Origin: Bacteroidales bacterium
GTDB taxonomy: Bacteria > Bacteroidota > Bacteroidia > Bacteroidales > JAADJA01
Reading direction: 5' to 3'
Length of the DNA: 64,000 nt
Assembly (NCBI GenBank): GCA_041393275.1
Contig: JAWKKL010000013.1
Location: 308 to 64,307, forward strand
Part shown: one piece after another, positions 1-11,300 of the stretch
How positions within the stretch are numbered: position 1 is the stretch's first letter
Layout of the letters: each line of letters opens with the position of its first letter
Position numbers and translations under genes: made by a program
The notes under the pieces: generated by a model
Told to the model about the DNA's origin: nothing
Databases searched by the model: none
What the model saw: the letters and a program-made list of their open reading frames with translations, nothing else

Positions 1-1479
1 CTTCATTAAACTATCCTGTACCTGGCGTGTATTGAAGATCGGGCGAATGGTTGGCTGTTGTAAGCTATACATACCCGAATAAGGTTCCGCATCGCCCCAC
101 GATTCAAGGTAATGATGGTCAGGACAGGCATAAGTAACCAGCTTTGTGCTTTCATCATTCACTTCATTAAACGAAATTGATAAGCCGACTTTGCCTAATC
201 CACTTAAAAACTTTTCAGCCTCCGGATAATCGTAAGCCAGGTTAACATTATAAAGCAATATCGCACCTACACTTCCTCCATTCATGTCGGAGATCAGCTT
301 ATCAACCTTTTGATCACACCCCTTTTTCGATAATAAATTTCTTTCAAAATTAAAGGTGCCGCCAAGGTTCCCGAGAAGGAAATTGATGGCATTTACCACA
401 GCCTGAATATATACATCATTGGTACCGGAAACGACGAGCCCTTTGCCCTGGTGGTGTAACAAGTCTTCTGCAACATTATCAATATTAACCGGAGAAGTGT
501 CAGCACTAAATGTTGGCATATCTGACTTGGCCGCTATAATATTATAAATATTCAATAAAACAGTTAATTCATTTGATGGCTTAATGGACATTCTAATATC
601 GGCATTGCTTCCGGTGAGCGACATGGTTGACTCAAACTGGTAATGTTTGGAGAGTGATTTTTTCTTCTCGTTTAACTCACGGGTTTTGGCATATTGATTT
701 GAAAATTCAACCGGAGATAGCCAGGTTCCCAGAAAGTCGGCGTTAAATCCAACGATTACTTCCGCTTTATCAAAACGATAGGATGGGATGGCCGGCCTGC
801 CGAAGGTTTCTTTGTTTGCCATGCGTATGGCAGAAAATGACACGGTATCATAATAAACAACTTCAGCCGTAGGATAAGTAGCCTTAAATTCCTCAAACAC
901 CTGTAAAGTGGATGGACTGATTACAGAAGAGCTAAGAATCACAATTTTTTCCTCCTTAGCGGCTATTGCATCCAATTGTGTTTTTATTTCACCATCAATG
1001 GTTGCCCAGTCCGATCTTTCACCATTTTTCATGGGATATGGCAGGCGAGCCGAATCGTAAAGGTTCAACACTGAGGCCTGAACCCTTGCATTGGTGCCAC
1101 CATCGGTTATTTTCGAAAGTGTATTTCCCTCGATTTTTATGGGCCTGCCATCCCTCACCTTAACGACCACAGGACAATAATCATGTCCATCGAAAAAGGT
1201 GGAGGCATAATGATTGGCCATACCGGGGGTAACTTCTTCAGGTTGCGCCAAATAGGGAATAGCCTTACGAACAGGTTGCTCACAACTTGAAGCAAGGGCA
1301 GCGGTTCCAACCGAAAACCCTAGAAACTTAAGAAAATCACGACGAGATGATTTCATTTTATTGGATACTTCTGTCTCTGTCAATCCTTCAATTGAAAATT
1401 CAGGTTCCACTTCCTTTTGCAGTCCTGGCCCTTCCTGGATATCTTTAAGCTCATCTAAACTTTTCCAGTATTTTTTCAT
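1..1479 (-). CDS. actB: Alternative complex III subunit B (TAT-exported molybdopterin-oxidoreductase-like protein), 5' part; runs off the left edge
   Basis: Not in the ORF track. Manual translation from ATG 1479 gives MKKYWKSLDEL...SSRRDFLKFLGFSVGTAALASSCEQPVRKAIPY...VKVRDGRPIKIEGN, the ActB N-terminus with a twin-arginine motif. It lies directly downstream of actA. Confidence 0.93.
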   Translation of the reverse strand, partial: MKKYWKSLDELKDIQEGPGLQKEVEPEFSIEGLTETEVSNKMKSSRRDFLKFLGFSVGTAALASSCEQPVRKAIPYLAQPEEVTPGMANHYASTFFDGHDYCPVVVKVRDGRPIKIEGNTLSKITDGGTNARVQASVLNLYDSARLPYPMKNGERSDWATIDGEIKTQLDAIAAKEEKIVILSSSVISPSTLQVFEEFKATYPTAEVVYYDTVSFSAIRMANKETFGRPAIPSYRFDKAEVIVGFNADFLGTWLSPVEFSNQYAKTRELNEKKKSLSKHYQFESTMSLTGSNADIRMSIKPSNELTVLLNIYNIIAAKSDMPTFSADTSPVNIDNVAEDLLHHQGKGLVVSGTNDVYIQAVVNAINFLLGNLGGTFNFERNLLSKKGCDQKVDKLISDMNGGSVGAILLYNVNLAYDYPEAEKFLSGLGKVGLSISFNEVNDESTKLVTYACPDHHYLESWGDAEPYSGMYSLQQPTIRPIFNTRQVQDSLMK

Positions 1480-1517
1480 GTATCGTTTTTTATATTTTGG
1501 TACTTAAAGACTTTCTA

Positions 1518-2668
1518 TTAATAATGACAAATCTGGCAGTTATTTCCGCCTATATCATCAACAGTAACACGCGAACGTTTCCCTGCTTTAATTTCTTCAT
1601 GGAATTTTACATATTCCTGGTAAAATCCATTTCCTTCAAATTGAACCTCTGTTCGGCGATGGCAACTGATACACCATCCCATGCTTAAATCCTCTACCTG
1701 AACGATGCGGTCCATTTCTTCAACCGGCCCATGACATTCCTGGCATTGTCGTTTACCGGCATTAACATGTTGCGCATGGCTAAACCAAACGTGGTCGGGC
1801 AGGTTATGCACCCTTACCCATTCAATAGGTTCACCACTTTCAAAAGAAGCAATCACTTTAGCAATTTCTTCGGTGCCGGTTTGTTTGCCTTTCTTAACCA
1901 CATTATGGCAATTCATACATACGGCTGTACCTGGAATACCGGCTGATTTACTTTCATTAGCCGAACTATGGCAATACATACAATCAATATGATTTTGCCC
2001 GGCATGAACCTTATGCGAAAACCATATTGGCTGATCGGGTGAATATCCTTGTTGTCTTCCCAATGCTTTGGCTTCAACATATACGATTTCACCCATCACA
2101 AATATGGAAACAAGTACAATGATAATATGAATAAATCTTGCTTTGATAATTTTTGTTAAAAGCAGATCAACTATTGCCACAAAAAACAATATAAGGAAAA
2201 TGATGAATGTAGGCTGAGTAGTGCCTGTTCCGTAGGTTTTCTTATGCCTGCTTATAGCCGCATCAACCTCAGCATCTTCACCGGCTACTTTAGTTGTGGT
2301 ATCCGTTGCCGAAACCACTGCACTTTCATCATAGTTTTCGATATAGGAAAGAATGCCTTTGATTTGTTCATCTGTAAACGGATTATCAGGCATTGGAATT
2401 TTATTGAATTCCTCAAATAGTTTAACCGCAGTTTCGTCCCCGCTTTTAACCATGGTTTGCGAAGACTTTATAAAGCTGATGAGCCAGGCTTCTTCCCTCC
2501 GTTCGGTTACCCCTTTTAAGTCGGGTCCGATGAGTTTACCTTTTCCAATGGTATGACAAGCCGCACAGGTTGCCCATTCGGGCGGGGCTTGTTGTGCAAA
2601 TGCAGATTGGAAAATAAAGTAAAATGAAAGAAACAAAACAGGAATAAAAACTACGTTTTTCTTACCAT
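1518..2668 (-). CDS. actA: Alternative complex III subunit A, multiheme cytochrome c (N-terminal monoheme domain, TM helices, pentaheme domain)
   Basis: Six CxxCH motifs (CAACH, CMYCH, CMNCH, CQECH, CISCH, CQICH) plus QPIWFSHKVH and WVRVHNLPDHVWFSH. The track ORF is 1518-2636. The likely start ATG 2668 needs one more A in a homopolymer to give MVRKNVVFIPVLFLS. Confidence 0.92.
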
Positions 2669-2743
2669 TTTAGTATATTATTATTCATATAATTTTAAGA
2701 AACATAGGCGAATTACTATTCCTCTCATTTTTTTAATAAGGAG

Positions 2744-2751
2744 CAAAAGTA
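2744..2751 (-). promoter_or_regulatory. Bacteroidota sigma-70 -7 element (TACTTTTG) upstream of actA
   Basis: Matches the TAnnTTTG consensus about 75 nt upstream of the actA start. Confidence 0.6.
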
Positions 2752-2793
2752 CAAATTAATTTATATTTTGGTAACTGTACTTGAATAATTTCA

Positions 2794-2812
2794 ATTTATA
2801 TAATTTCTAAAT
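2794..2812. promoter_or_regulatory. 7-5-7 palindromic operator upstream of the act operon
   Basis: ATTTATA-TAATT-TCTAAAT. The arms differ by one base from the perfect copy at 25154-25172. Confidence 0.5.
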
Positions 2813-3252
2813 AGCCCAAACCAATTAGAAATTCCATACCTTAATTACTATCAATAAGCATGTTACACTCATTTCTTATGTACAAAATATAGATGTATTA
2901 TTTTACAAAATATAACTTGTCGGAAAAAATTGAATGAATACAAAATTTATGAAATACTTTATTGAAAATATAAGATCCATTGTTTACCATAATGGTATAA
3001 GGTATTATTACTAATTTCAATTAGTTCGCTGAATTTGGGAATGGCCACTAGTTTCATACGTCAATTTGTGGGGAAACGGCCTGATATTTTGCTACGGTAA
3101 ACTTATCTCCTGATAAAACACAATGCAAAACAATTTCTGATCATTCCGGATTCAGAAAAGAAAATTTTACCACTTCTCTGACCATTATTATACCAGATTT
3201 AAAGGTTATTTGTAAGAATCCTAAATGATACGGATGACGGTTAATTGGTCAT

Positions 3253-4066
3253 TTACCAACTTCCACTGGCGCCACCACCGCCAAAGCTGCCACCCGCCAA
3301 ATCCACCGAAGCCGCCACCGCCACCCCAAAACCACTGGGCCTGATTTGGAAATTACCAAACGATCCACGATGACTACTGCCAAGCATACTACCCAGCATT
3401 AAGGCTGTCCAGAAAGAAGAACTACTGCTTCCTGATGTATAATGGCCTCTTCTGCCCCGGTTGATCATAGAGATGACAATGATCATAATAATGATGGGCA
3501 CGATCCAACCCATTCCTTCTCCTTTACCTGCATTTTTACCATAATCATCTGCAGTAAAATGACCGGAGGCGAGAGACATTATCACATCGGTTCCTGCATC
3601 CAGGCCGCCAAAATAATCGTTGTTTTTAAAGCGGGGGATCATCTCATTTTCGATGATCTGTTTATTTGTGATATCTGGGATATAGGGTTCCAGCCCTTAC
3701 CCACTTATCAATAACTTCACCTTTAACGGTGGAGGTTTTTGGCACAAGTACAATGATAGCCTTCCATCACTTCCCTTTTTGACCTATGCCCCACTTTTGG
3801 CCAACCCGCTGTGCATAGTCCACAATATCATATCCCTGAAGATCATTTACAATTAAAACGGCTATTTGGGTTGATGTTGAATCGTTATAATCAACAAGTT
3901 TCCGTTCGAGCTGATTTAATTCCTGCTCACTGAGTAAATTTGCATTATCACTCACCAGCCGTTTTGGTATATCGGGCAATTCCTGTCCGAACAGAAGGGC
4001 AATGGAAATCAAAAAAGTCAGAACAAGTAAAGCTTTCTTTTGTGGTATTAAATAACTTTGAATCAT
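3253..4066 (-). CDS. TPM (YgcG/DUF477) domain membrane protein with Gly-rich tail, frameshifted
   Basis: Two pieces: 3767-4105 (VSDNANLLS..STQIAV..KWGIGQKG) and 3253-3642 (IPRFKNNDYFGG...GGGGASGSW). Indels lie near 3700-3770. Context is the typical lemA-TPM-TPM operon. Confidence 0.85.
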
Positions 4067-4067
4067 A

Positions 4068-4508
4068 TCAATAGCTTCCAAATGAAATTTCATCTGATAA
4101 TTCATTTACATCGTCAGTTTGGTAAGGGAAATGTTTTTTGAGCTGTTTCCCGGCTTCGGTAATCCCGCTTACGAGCCCTTCGGCAAACCGTTCTTCACGA
4201 AAAGAATCGAGCAAATCATCCCTGATTTTATCCCAGAAGTTTTCAGGTACTACGTTGTTGATTCCTACGTCGCCTAATATGGCAAATCTTCTGTTTTTTA
4301 CTGCAAGATAAAACAACACTCCATTTCTTTGTTCCGTTTTATGCATTGCCAGTTTCTCAAAAATATAAGCCGCCCTGTCTTTTACATCCCCTTTGCATTT
4401 ATCTTCAATGTGTACCCTTATTTCGCCTGATGTATCAAGCTCTGCATTTTTAATAGCGAGGGTTATATCCTCTTTTTCGTCGGTTGTAAAAAAGTTTCTG
4501 GCTGGCAT
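4068..4508 (-). CDS. Short TPM domain protein
   Basis: AELDTSGEIRVHIE...RNGVLFY...ILGDVGIN...DDVNELSDEIS; adjacent to lemA. Confidence 0.9.
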   Translation of the reverse strand: MPARNFFTTDEKEDITLAIKNAELDTSGEIRVHIEDKCKGDVKDRAAYIFEKLAMHKTEQRNGVLFYLAVKNRRFAILGDVGINNVVPENFWDKIRDDLLDSFREERFAEGLVSGITEAGKQLKKHFPYQTDDVNELSDEISFGSY

Positions 4509-4519
4509 TTTATAAACGT

Positions 4520-5119
4520 TTAAAATTCAACTTTGGGTGCATTCTGGGCTCCTTCGTCGGAGGAGAAGTAGGCTTTCTTTTCAAATCCGAATATTGAAGC
4601 CAGTATATTTTTAGGGAATTGACGAATGTAAGTATTGTATCCCTGGGCCGAAGTATTAAAACTCCTTCGTTCAACGGCAATCCGGTTTTCAGTTCGTTCG
4701 AGTTGGGTTTGCAAATCCATGAAATTCTGGTTAGCTTTTAAATCAGGATAACGCTCTACCACGACCATTAATCTCGAAAGTGCAGAACTCAACCCGTCCT
4801 GGGCAGCCTGAAACTGCTGTATAGATTCAGGATTTAAATTGGATGGATCAATGGTAACCGAAGTAGCTTTTGATCTTGCTTCAATAACTCCCTGAAGGGT
4901 TTCTTTCTCAAAGTCGGCATAACCTTTTACCGTTGAGACAAGGTTTGGGATAAGATCAGCCCGGCGCTGGTAAACATTCTCCACCTGCGCCCATTGTGCC
5001 GTTACCCCTTCATCCATCGTAACCATAGAATTGTAGGAACCTTTGAAAGATGAATACATAAGAATCACAGCCAACACAATAACGGCAATTATGATCCACG
5101 ATTTTTTTATTGATTTCAT
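4520..5119 (-). CDS. lemA: LemA family protein
   Basis: N-terminal TM helix; YQRRADLIPNLV, ERYPDLKAN and ENRIAVERR motifs. Confidence 0.95.
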   Translation of the reverse strand: MKSIKKSWIIIAVIVLAVILMYSSFKGSYNSMVTMDEGVTAQWAQVENVYQRRADLIPNLVSTVKGYADFEKETLQGVIEARSKATSVTIDPSNLNPESIQQFQAAQDGLSSALSRLMVVVERYPDLKANQNFMDLQTQLERTENRIAVERRSFNTSAQGYNTYIRQFPKNILASIFGFEKKAYFSSDEGAQNAPKVEF

Positions 5120-5153
5120 TTATTTTGATTTATTTCGTTTTATAAAAGTACAC

Positions 5154-7061
5154 CTATTTACCAATCAGGTCAACACTTCTTCTGATAAAGTTTGTCAACT
5201 CTTCTCCCTTAAGCAATCCCTGCGACAATTTAGCAAGGTCAGTAACCTGCTTTACGAGTTTTTCCTGTTTCGTTTCATCTTTTTCATTCAGAATTTCAGT
5301 TATAACTTTGTGGTTTGAGTTAACTACCAGGTTATAACTATCGGGCAGGGTTCCCATATAATCCATTCCGCCACCACCCAATTTCGACATATCCTTCATA
5401 CGCCGCATAAATTCGGGTTGGGTAATGATCACGGGTTGGTCTGTTTCGCTCAGGCTTTCGAACACGATGGAGTAGTTTTCTTTTTTGGCATGTTTTTCAA
5501 AAACCGGCTTTAACGCTTCCTGTTCCTTTTCAGAAAGTTTCGAAGGTTGATCCTCTTCTTTTTTAATTATTTTATCAATGATATCTGCGTCCACCCGTGA
5601 AAAGGAAGAATTTTCAAATTTCTGTTCCAGGGTATTGATGAAGTGATTATCAAGCACACCGCTCATTTCCAATACATCATATCCTTTGGCGCTGGCTGCA
5701 TCAATAAACGCATGTTGCTCATCTTTATTGGTTGTATATAAATAAACCAGCTTTTTGTCTTTATCGTGTTGGGTTTTATCAATATGCTTTTTGTATTCAT
5801 CAAATGTGAAATACTTTCCATCCACATTTTTGAACAACGATATTTTTTCGGCCCGGTCGTAAAATTTAGGTTCTGAAATCATCCCGTATTGAATGAAAAC
5901 TTTAATATCGTCCCATTTCTTTTCAAATTCTTCCCGGTTATTTTTGAAAATATCTTCCAGTTTATCGGTTACTTTTTTCATGATATGATTCGAAATCTTC
6001 TTCACATTGCTATCGCTCTGAAGATAACTTCTGGATACATTCAAAGGAATATCCGGTGAATCGATCACTCCATGCAAAAGGGTTAAAAAATCAGGTACAA
6101 TGCCTTCAACGCTATCCGTTACAAAAACCTGGTTACAGTACAATTGAATTTTATCACGCTGAACTTCAATGTTTTTTTTCACTTTCGGGAAATATAAAAT
6201 CCCCGTGAGGTTAAATGGATAATCCACATTCAGGTGAATATGGAAAAGGGGTTCCTCAAAATTCATAGGATATAATTCCCGGTAGAATTTTTTATAATCT
6301 TCCGCTTTTAAATCGGCTGGTTTTTGAGTCCAGGCCGGGCTGGTGTTATTGATGATCCGTGGTTTTTCAACTTGCTTGTATTCATCGTTTCCATCCTTGT
6401 CTTTTTTCCCGGTTTTTTCTGAAATTTTTTCAGTTCCAAACTGAATTGGAACGGGCAGAAATTTTGAATATTTTTTCAGTAATTCTAAAATCCTGTAATC
6501 TTCCAGAAATTCTTTCGATTCAGATTCTATATGAAGAATTATTTCCGTTCCGCGATCTTCTTTGTCGGTTTCGGTTATCGTATATTTGGGGCTGCCATCG
6601 CACGTCCATTTTACGGCTTTAGTTGGGCCTCCCTTTTTGTATGTTTTTGTAATGATTTCAACTTTATCCGAAACCATAAATGAAGAATAAAAACCCAATC
6701 CAAAATGGCCAATCAAAGCATTTTTATCAGCATCCGATTTTCCTTTGTATTTTTTAATAAATTCTTCGGCACTCGAAAATGCAATCTGGTTTATATACTT
6801 GTCTACTTCCTCTGCCGTCATGCCTATTCCACGGTCAATCACTTTAAGGGTTTTATTTTTTTTGTCCAATTCCACATGGATTGTCAAATCGCCCAATTCG
6901 CCTTTTACTTTGCCCATACTGGCAAGGGTTTTCAGTTTTTGTGTGGCGTCAACCGCATTTGAAACAAGTTCCCTTAAAAATATCTCATGGTCAGAATACA
7001 AGAATTTTTTAATGATTGGGAAAATATTTTCCGTTTGTACGTTAATTGTTCCTGTTTGCAT
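5154..7061 (-). CDS. htpG: Molecular chaperone HtpG (Hsp90)
   Basis: LYSDHEIFLRELVSNAVDA, DRGIGMT, IGHFGLGFYS and DSPDIPLNVSRS motifs. Start moved to MQTG (7061), downstream of the promoter. Confidence 0.97.
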   Translation of the reverse strand: MQTGTINVQTENIFPIIKKFLYSDHEIFLRELVSNAVDATQKLKTLASMGKVKGELGDLTIHVELDKKNKTLKVIDRGIGMTAEEVDKYINQIAFSSAEEFIKKYKGKSDADKNALIGHFGLGFYSSFMVSDKVEIITKTYKKGGPTKAVKWTCDGSPKYTITETDKEDRGTEIILHIESESKEFLEDYRILELLKKYSKFLPVPIQFGTEKISEKTGKKDKDGNDEYKQVEKPRIINNTSPAWTQKPADLKAEDYKKFYRELYPMNFEEPLFHIHLNVDYPFNLTGILYFPKVKKNIEVQRDKIQLYCNQVFVTDSVEGIVPDFLTLLHGVIDSPDIPLNVSRSYLQSDSNVKKISNHIMKKVTDKLEDIFKNNREEFEKKWDDIKVFIQYGMISEPKFYDRAEKISLFKNVDGKYFTFDEYKKHIDKTQHDKDKKLVYLYTTNKDEQHAFIDAASAKGYDVLEMSGVLDNHFINTLEQKFENSSFSRVDADIIDKIIKKEEDQPSKLSEKEQEALKPVFEKHAKKENYSIVFESLSETDQPVIITQPEFMRRMKDMSKLGGGGMDYMGTLPDSYNLVVNSNHKVITEILNEKDETKQEKLVKQVTDLAKLSQGLLKGEELTNFIRRSVDLIGK

Positions 7062-7101
7062 ATCTCGATATAATTTTATTAGTTTGTTTGGAGGGCGAAG
7101 T

Positions 7102-7117
7102 AGCAAAGCATGTGCCA
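7102..7117 (-). promoter_or_regulatory. Sigma-54-type -24/-12 promoter of htpG
   Basis: Minus strand reads TGGCAC-ATGCT-TTGCT, the exact RpoN spacing, 40 nt upstream of the htpG ATG. Confidence 0.65.
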
Positions 7118-7273
7118 GTAGATTTCTTATGACATTTTGGCAACAATCATCTAAAATCAAAATTTGTCATGACTTTCGCATCTCAAATAAATGCTAAAAC
7201 ATATATCGAATTCAAATAAATTAAACTTATTTTTGCACTCAATTAAAAAGTGTTGAATCCAAAAAACAAAAAA

Positions 7274-7771
7274 ATGAAACGAAACACAATTCTTGCAGTT
7301 ATTACAATGTTCTCTATTATATTTTTTAGCTCGTGTGGCGGCGGCGGAGAGGCCAGTCAAACAAAAGAAGAACCCGTAAAACAAGAACAAGAGAAACCTG
7401 AAAAAACTTCAGTACTTGAAACACAGCTTGCATTGGGCGAAAAAATTTACAAAGAAAAATGCATTGTTTGCCACCAGGCTGATGCGAAAGGCCTAAAAGG
7501 CGCTTTTCCCCCTCTGGCAAATGCTGATTACTTATTAGAAGACCCACTCAGGGGAGTAGCCCAAACACTGAACGGTTCCAATGAAGAAATGATTATTAAT
7601 GGTGAAAAATATCATGCTCCAATGGTTCCACAAGTAACTACGAAAGAAGAAGCAGTTGCCGTAATCAATTACGTATTAAAAGAATTTAACGGCTATACTG
7701 ATGATCAGCTTCTTACCGTAGAAGATGCAAAAGATATTGAGATTAATCCAATGAAAACCCCAATTCAATAA
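7274..7771 (+). CDS. Monoheme cytochrome c lipoprotein
   Basis: Lipobox FFSSC, low-complexity linker, CIVCH...FPPLA and a distal Met (HAPMVP). A -7 element TATTTTTG lies upstream. Confidence 0.88.
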   Translation: MKRNTILAVITMFSIIFFSSCGGGGEASQTKEEPVKQEQEKPEKTSVLETQLALGEKIYKEKCIVCHQADAKGLKGAFPPLANADYLLEDPLRGVAQTLNGSNEEMIINGEKYHAPMVPQVTTKEEAVAVINYVLKEFNGYTDDQLLTVEDAKDIEINPMKTPIQ

Positions 7772-7779
7772 AAATCCCA

Positions 7780-8283
7780 ATGGTTAAAAATATCATATTA
7801 TTGTTTGCAATCAGCTTTTTATTTGGTTGCAACTATACGTCTACTACCGAACAAACTGAAACTGCTGACAACACTGAAATTTCAGCTGACACCACCGGAT
7901 TTTATGGTGAAAAAATAAGCGGTGAAAATCCGATATCAGGAAATGAGTTGAAAACTATGCTCGAATCAAATGATTCCGTTTGGGTTACCATGAAATCGAC
8001 GATTGTCACAAATTGTCAGCATTCGGGTTGCTGGATGGACCTCGACCTTGGCACTGGTGAGGTGGTAAAAGTTACTTTTAAGGATTATTCATTTTTTATT
8101 CCGCTTGATTCAAAAGGAAAAACTGCAACTGTTGAAGGTTTTGCAAAAAAAGAAATGATTCCGGTTGATATGCTTCAGCATTATGCCGAAGATGATGGAA
8201 AATCAGCAGAGGAAATTGCTGCCATTACCGAACCTGAGCTTGCTTATACCTTTGAGGCAATTGGGGTTATCATTGAAGACTAA
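7780..8283 (+). CDS. DUF4920-type lipoprotein
   Basis: Lipobox LFGC; CQHSGCWM, VTFKDYSFFIP and HYAEDDGKS motifs. Confidence 0.8.
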   Translation: MVKNIILLFAISFLFGCNYTSTTEQTETADNTEISADTTGFYGEKISGENPISGNELKTMLESNDSVWVTMKSTIVTNCQHSGCWMDLDLGTGEVVKVTFKDYSFFIPLDSKGKTATVEGFAKKEMIPVDMLQHYAEDDGKSAEEIAAITEPELAYTFEAIGVIIED

Positions 8284-8304
8284 CAATTACGTTTGTAGAA
8301 ATAG

Positions 8305-8336
8305 AAAAAGGTTACCTTTGTGTAGCCTTTTTTTTT
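8305..8336 (+). terminator. Intrinsic terminator after the DUF4920 gene, overlapping a TACCTTTG -7 element (8313-8320) for the HTCS
   Basis: AAAAAGGTTAC-ctttgt-GTAGCC followed by T9. Confidence 0.6.
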
Positions 8337-8354
8337 ATTTTATTACTAACCTTA

Positions 8355-11300
8355 TTGGCTAAGGTTCAATCAAATATAGATTTGTTGCTTAATTACTTGA
8401 GGACTTTTATTAAAATACTTGTATTGCTTTCTCTTTCGACATCATTATCTTTCGGACAGGTAATTGATGTGTCTAATTTATATTCCTCAAACAAATTTTT
8501 CTTTCCGAATTTTGAACATTTAGGCGAACATACAGGGCTGCCCCATTACCGTATCAGCTCCCTCATCGAAGATCACGAAGGGTATTTATGGATAGGAACA
8601 AACGACGGGGGCCTCATCAAATATGATGGTTATTCTTTTCATTCGTTTGAATTTGACCCTACTAATCAATTTTCCATATCCAGCAATAATGTATATTTTG
8701 TTTTTGAAGATTCACGCAACATGCTTTGGGTAGGCACCGAAAATGCGCTCTGTTACTTCCATCCATATCGCCGGCAATTTATGAAGGTTCAACTTCAGGC
8801 TGCTGATAAATCATTAATTATTCCCAGCGATATTTCATGCATTACAGAAGATGAATTCGGCAACCTATTACTTGGAACAAATATTGGCATCATTGCCATT
8901 ACACAAATAAATAAAGAAAAGTTTCTCCAACAGAAAAGTCATGAAATTTTTCTTAATACTGTTAATGCAAAAGCAATTCGTACTAAATTCTATAACGAGA
9001 TTCATTCAACGCCGGGCTCGACAATTCAGGATATGGAATTTGACCCACAGGGTTTATTGTGGATTTTAACAAAAATGGAATTAGGCGTAATAGATTATCC
9101 AAAAGATTCATTATTAACCGATTCAATAAAATTTTCTACTCAAGCTTTTGACAATTACAAAAAGGTAACCGAAATTAGTTCAGCCCGTGAAATTAATATC
9201 GACGGATCAGGAATTGTCAGGGTTGTAACGGGTGAAAGTTTATACCACATAATCCATAATCGTGATACCATTGAGGTTAAAAATTTTGATTTTCATACAA
9301 ACATCCGCAATGTAGAAGATTTCAATAAAGGTTATTCTTCGGGTAAAAAGTTTTGGATAGGATATTACAGAACGGATGTGAAACTTTATGATGATGTAAA
9401 TAGTGAATTTTACCCCTTGACTTTTGAGACAAATAATATCAGTGATTTATACGATCACGGGGTTACCTGTTTTCTTAAAACCCGTTCGAATGTTATTTTT
9501 ATAGGTACATCATGGGGCGGTTTATTTAAATTCAACCAACATTCTATATTGTCATACTTCCACCCAAACCTTCAAAATATTCATCTAAAACAAACCAACA
9601 ATTTAAGGTATGTTTATGAAGACTCAAAAGGATATTTGTGGATTTTAGCAAAGGACATCTACAAATGCAACCGCAACACCGGTGAAATTATCGAAACATT
9701 TACCGATGGATTCTTTGATCAGTTATGGTGTTATAAAAATAAACTAATTGAACATAGTAATGGCGACATATGGATCGGCACAGAAGGCAGTGGACTAATT
9801 TCTATTGATTTAAATAAAAAAGGTGAAGCCATTGGATCAAAAAAAATCTTTAGCGATACCACAGTAACTTCAATAAGTGAGGATGCCAATGGAATGGTTT
9901 GGGTTGGAACCAATATTTATGACATGAACAATTCAAGGGTTTCTTCAGAATTGTTCAAAATCAACCCTGATGGTAAAATTTTAAATAAACACATGATTGC
10001 CCAATGGAAACAAAGGTCTGACATGCAAATTGACCAGTTTATCAATCAGGTATATATCGACAAAAAAGGAATAATTTGGCTTGCAACAGGTTTTGGTTTG
10101 GTAAAAGTTTCTGAAAATCCTGATAAGATCACCCGGTATTTACTTCCTGAAAATAGCACGACAACCAAAGGGCAAAGTAAAATATTATCGCTTAGTCCTG
10201 ATCCCAATTCCCCGGAAAGATTTTTATGGATTGGTACATCAGGTGGAGGATTGTATAGTTTTGATATTGAACGCTCCAATTTTATTCATACCCCCGAAAC
10301 ACAAGGAATTTTAAGCAATCATATTGCATCAATTTTATCGGATGATTATGGTAATCTTTGGCTGGGTACCGATGTTGGCCTTGCCAAACTTACCATTGAA
10401 AAAGATGGAGGGACTGTAACAGATATTCAACGATTTAATAATTACGATGGCTTAATTACCAATGATTATTCGAATTATTATGGACATAATGCAGTTAAAA
10501 CTAAAAATGGTGAATTGATTTTCACCGGCCCACGGGGTTTTCATATAATCGATCCGGAAAATGTAAAAACGGATTCCTACATCCCCCCCATTCATATAAC
10601 TAATTTTTACATCAATCATAATCCTGCCAATTTCAATCTGCCCGGCTCGCCGTTGGATAAACCTATATCGATGGTAAAAAGTTTACAATTACCTCATGAT
10701 AAAAACTCAGTTGAATTTGAATTTACCGCCCTGGATTATAAATCACCAAACAATCTGAAATATGCCTTTATATTAGAGCATTACGACAAAGACTGGATAT
10801 ATTATGGCAATAATAGGACCATCCAATACACAAAGCTACCCCCGGGTAAATACACCTTAAAAGCAAAAGTTGCAAACCGGGACGGTATTTGGAGCAACAG
10901 TTTTCCGGGGTTAGAAATCCAAATTTATAAACCCTGGTGGGCTACATTTTGGGCCTATGTTTTATACTTTGTAATCACCGGTTTTGTCATCTGGTCAATT
11001 GTCAAAGAGCAGATAAACAGGCAAAAGATGAAAATGAAAATGGAGATGAAAATTCTTGAAGCTAAAAAGTTTAAAGAACTTGACTCCATGAAATCTATGT
11101 TTTCGCAAATATTTCTCATGAGTTCAGAACCCCTCTGACCCTTATTATGAGTCCCATCGAAAACTTGCTCAACAAGGTTACCGATAAATCAATTCGCGAT
11201 TCGTTGATATTAATGCAACGAAATGCCAGTTTATTACAACTATACATAAATGAATCCTTGACTTATCAAAATTAGAAGCCAATAAATTAAGCCTTAATAC

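Noticed and set aside
2820..3250. Long AT-rich intergenic region as a hidden gene or riboswitch
   Set aside because: No ORF of 60 aa or more and only a weak hairpin (3134-3158); no recognisable RNA motif.
7062..7160. N-terminal extension of HtpG (likewise ORF-track starts for sco, padR, lpxB and 61425)
   Set aside because: These upstream starts overlap promoter elements or neighbouring genes; downstream ATGs give canonical N-termini.
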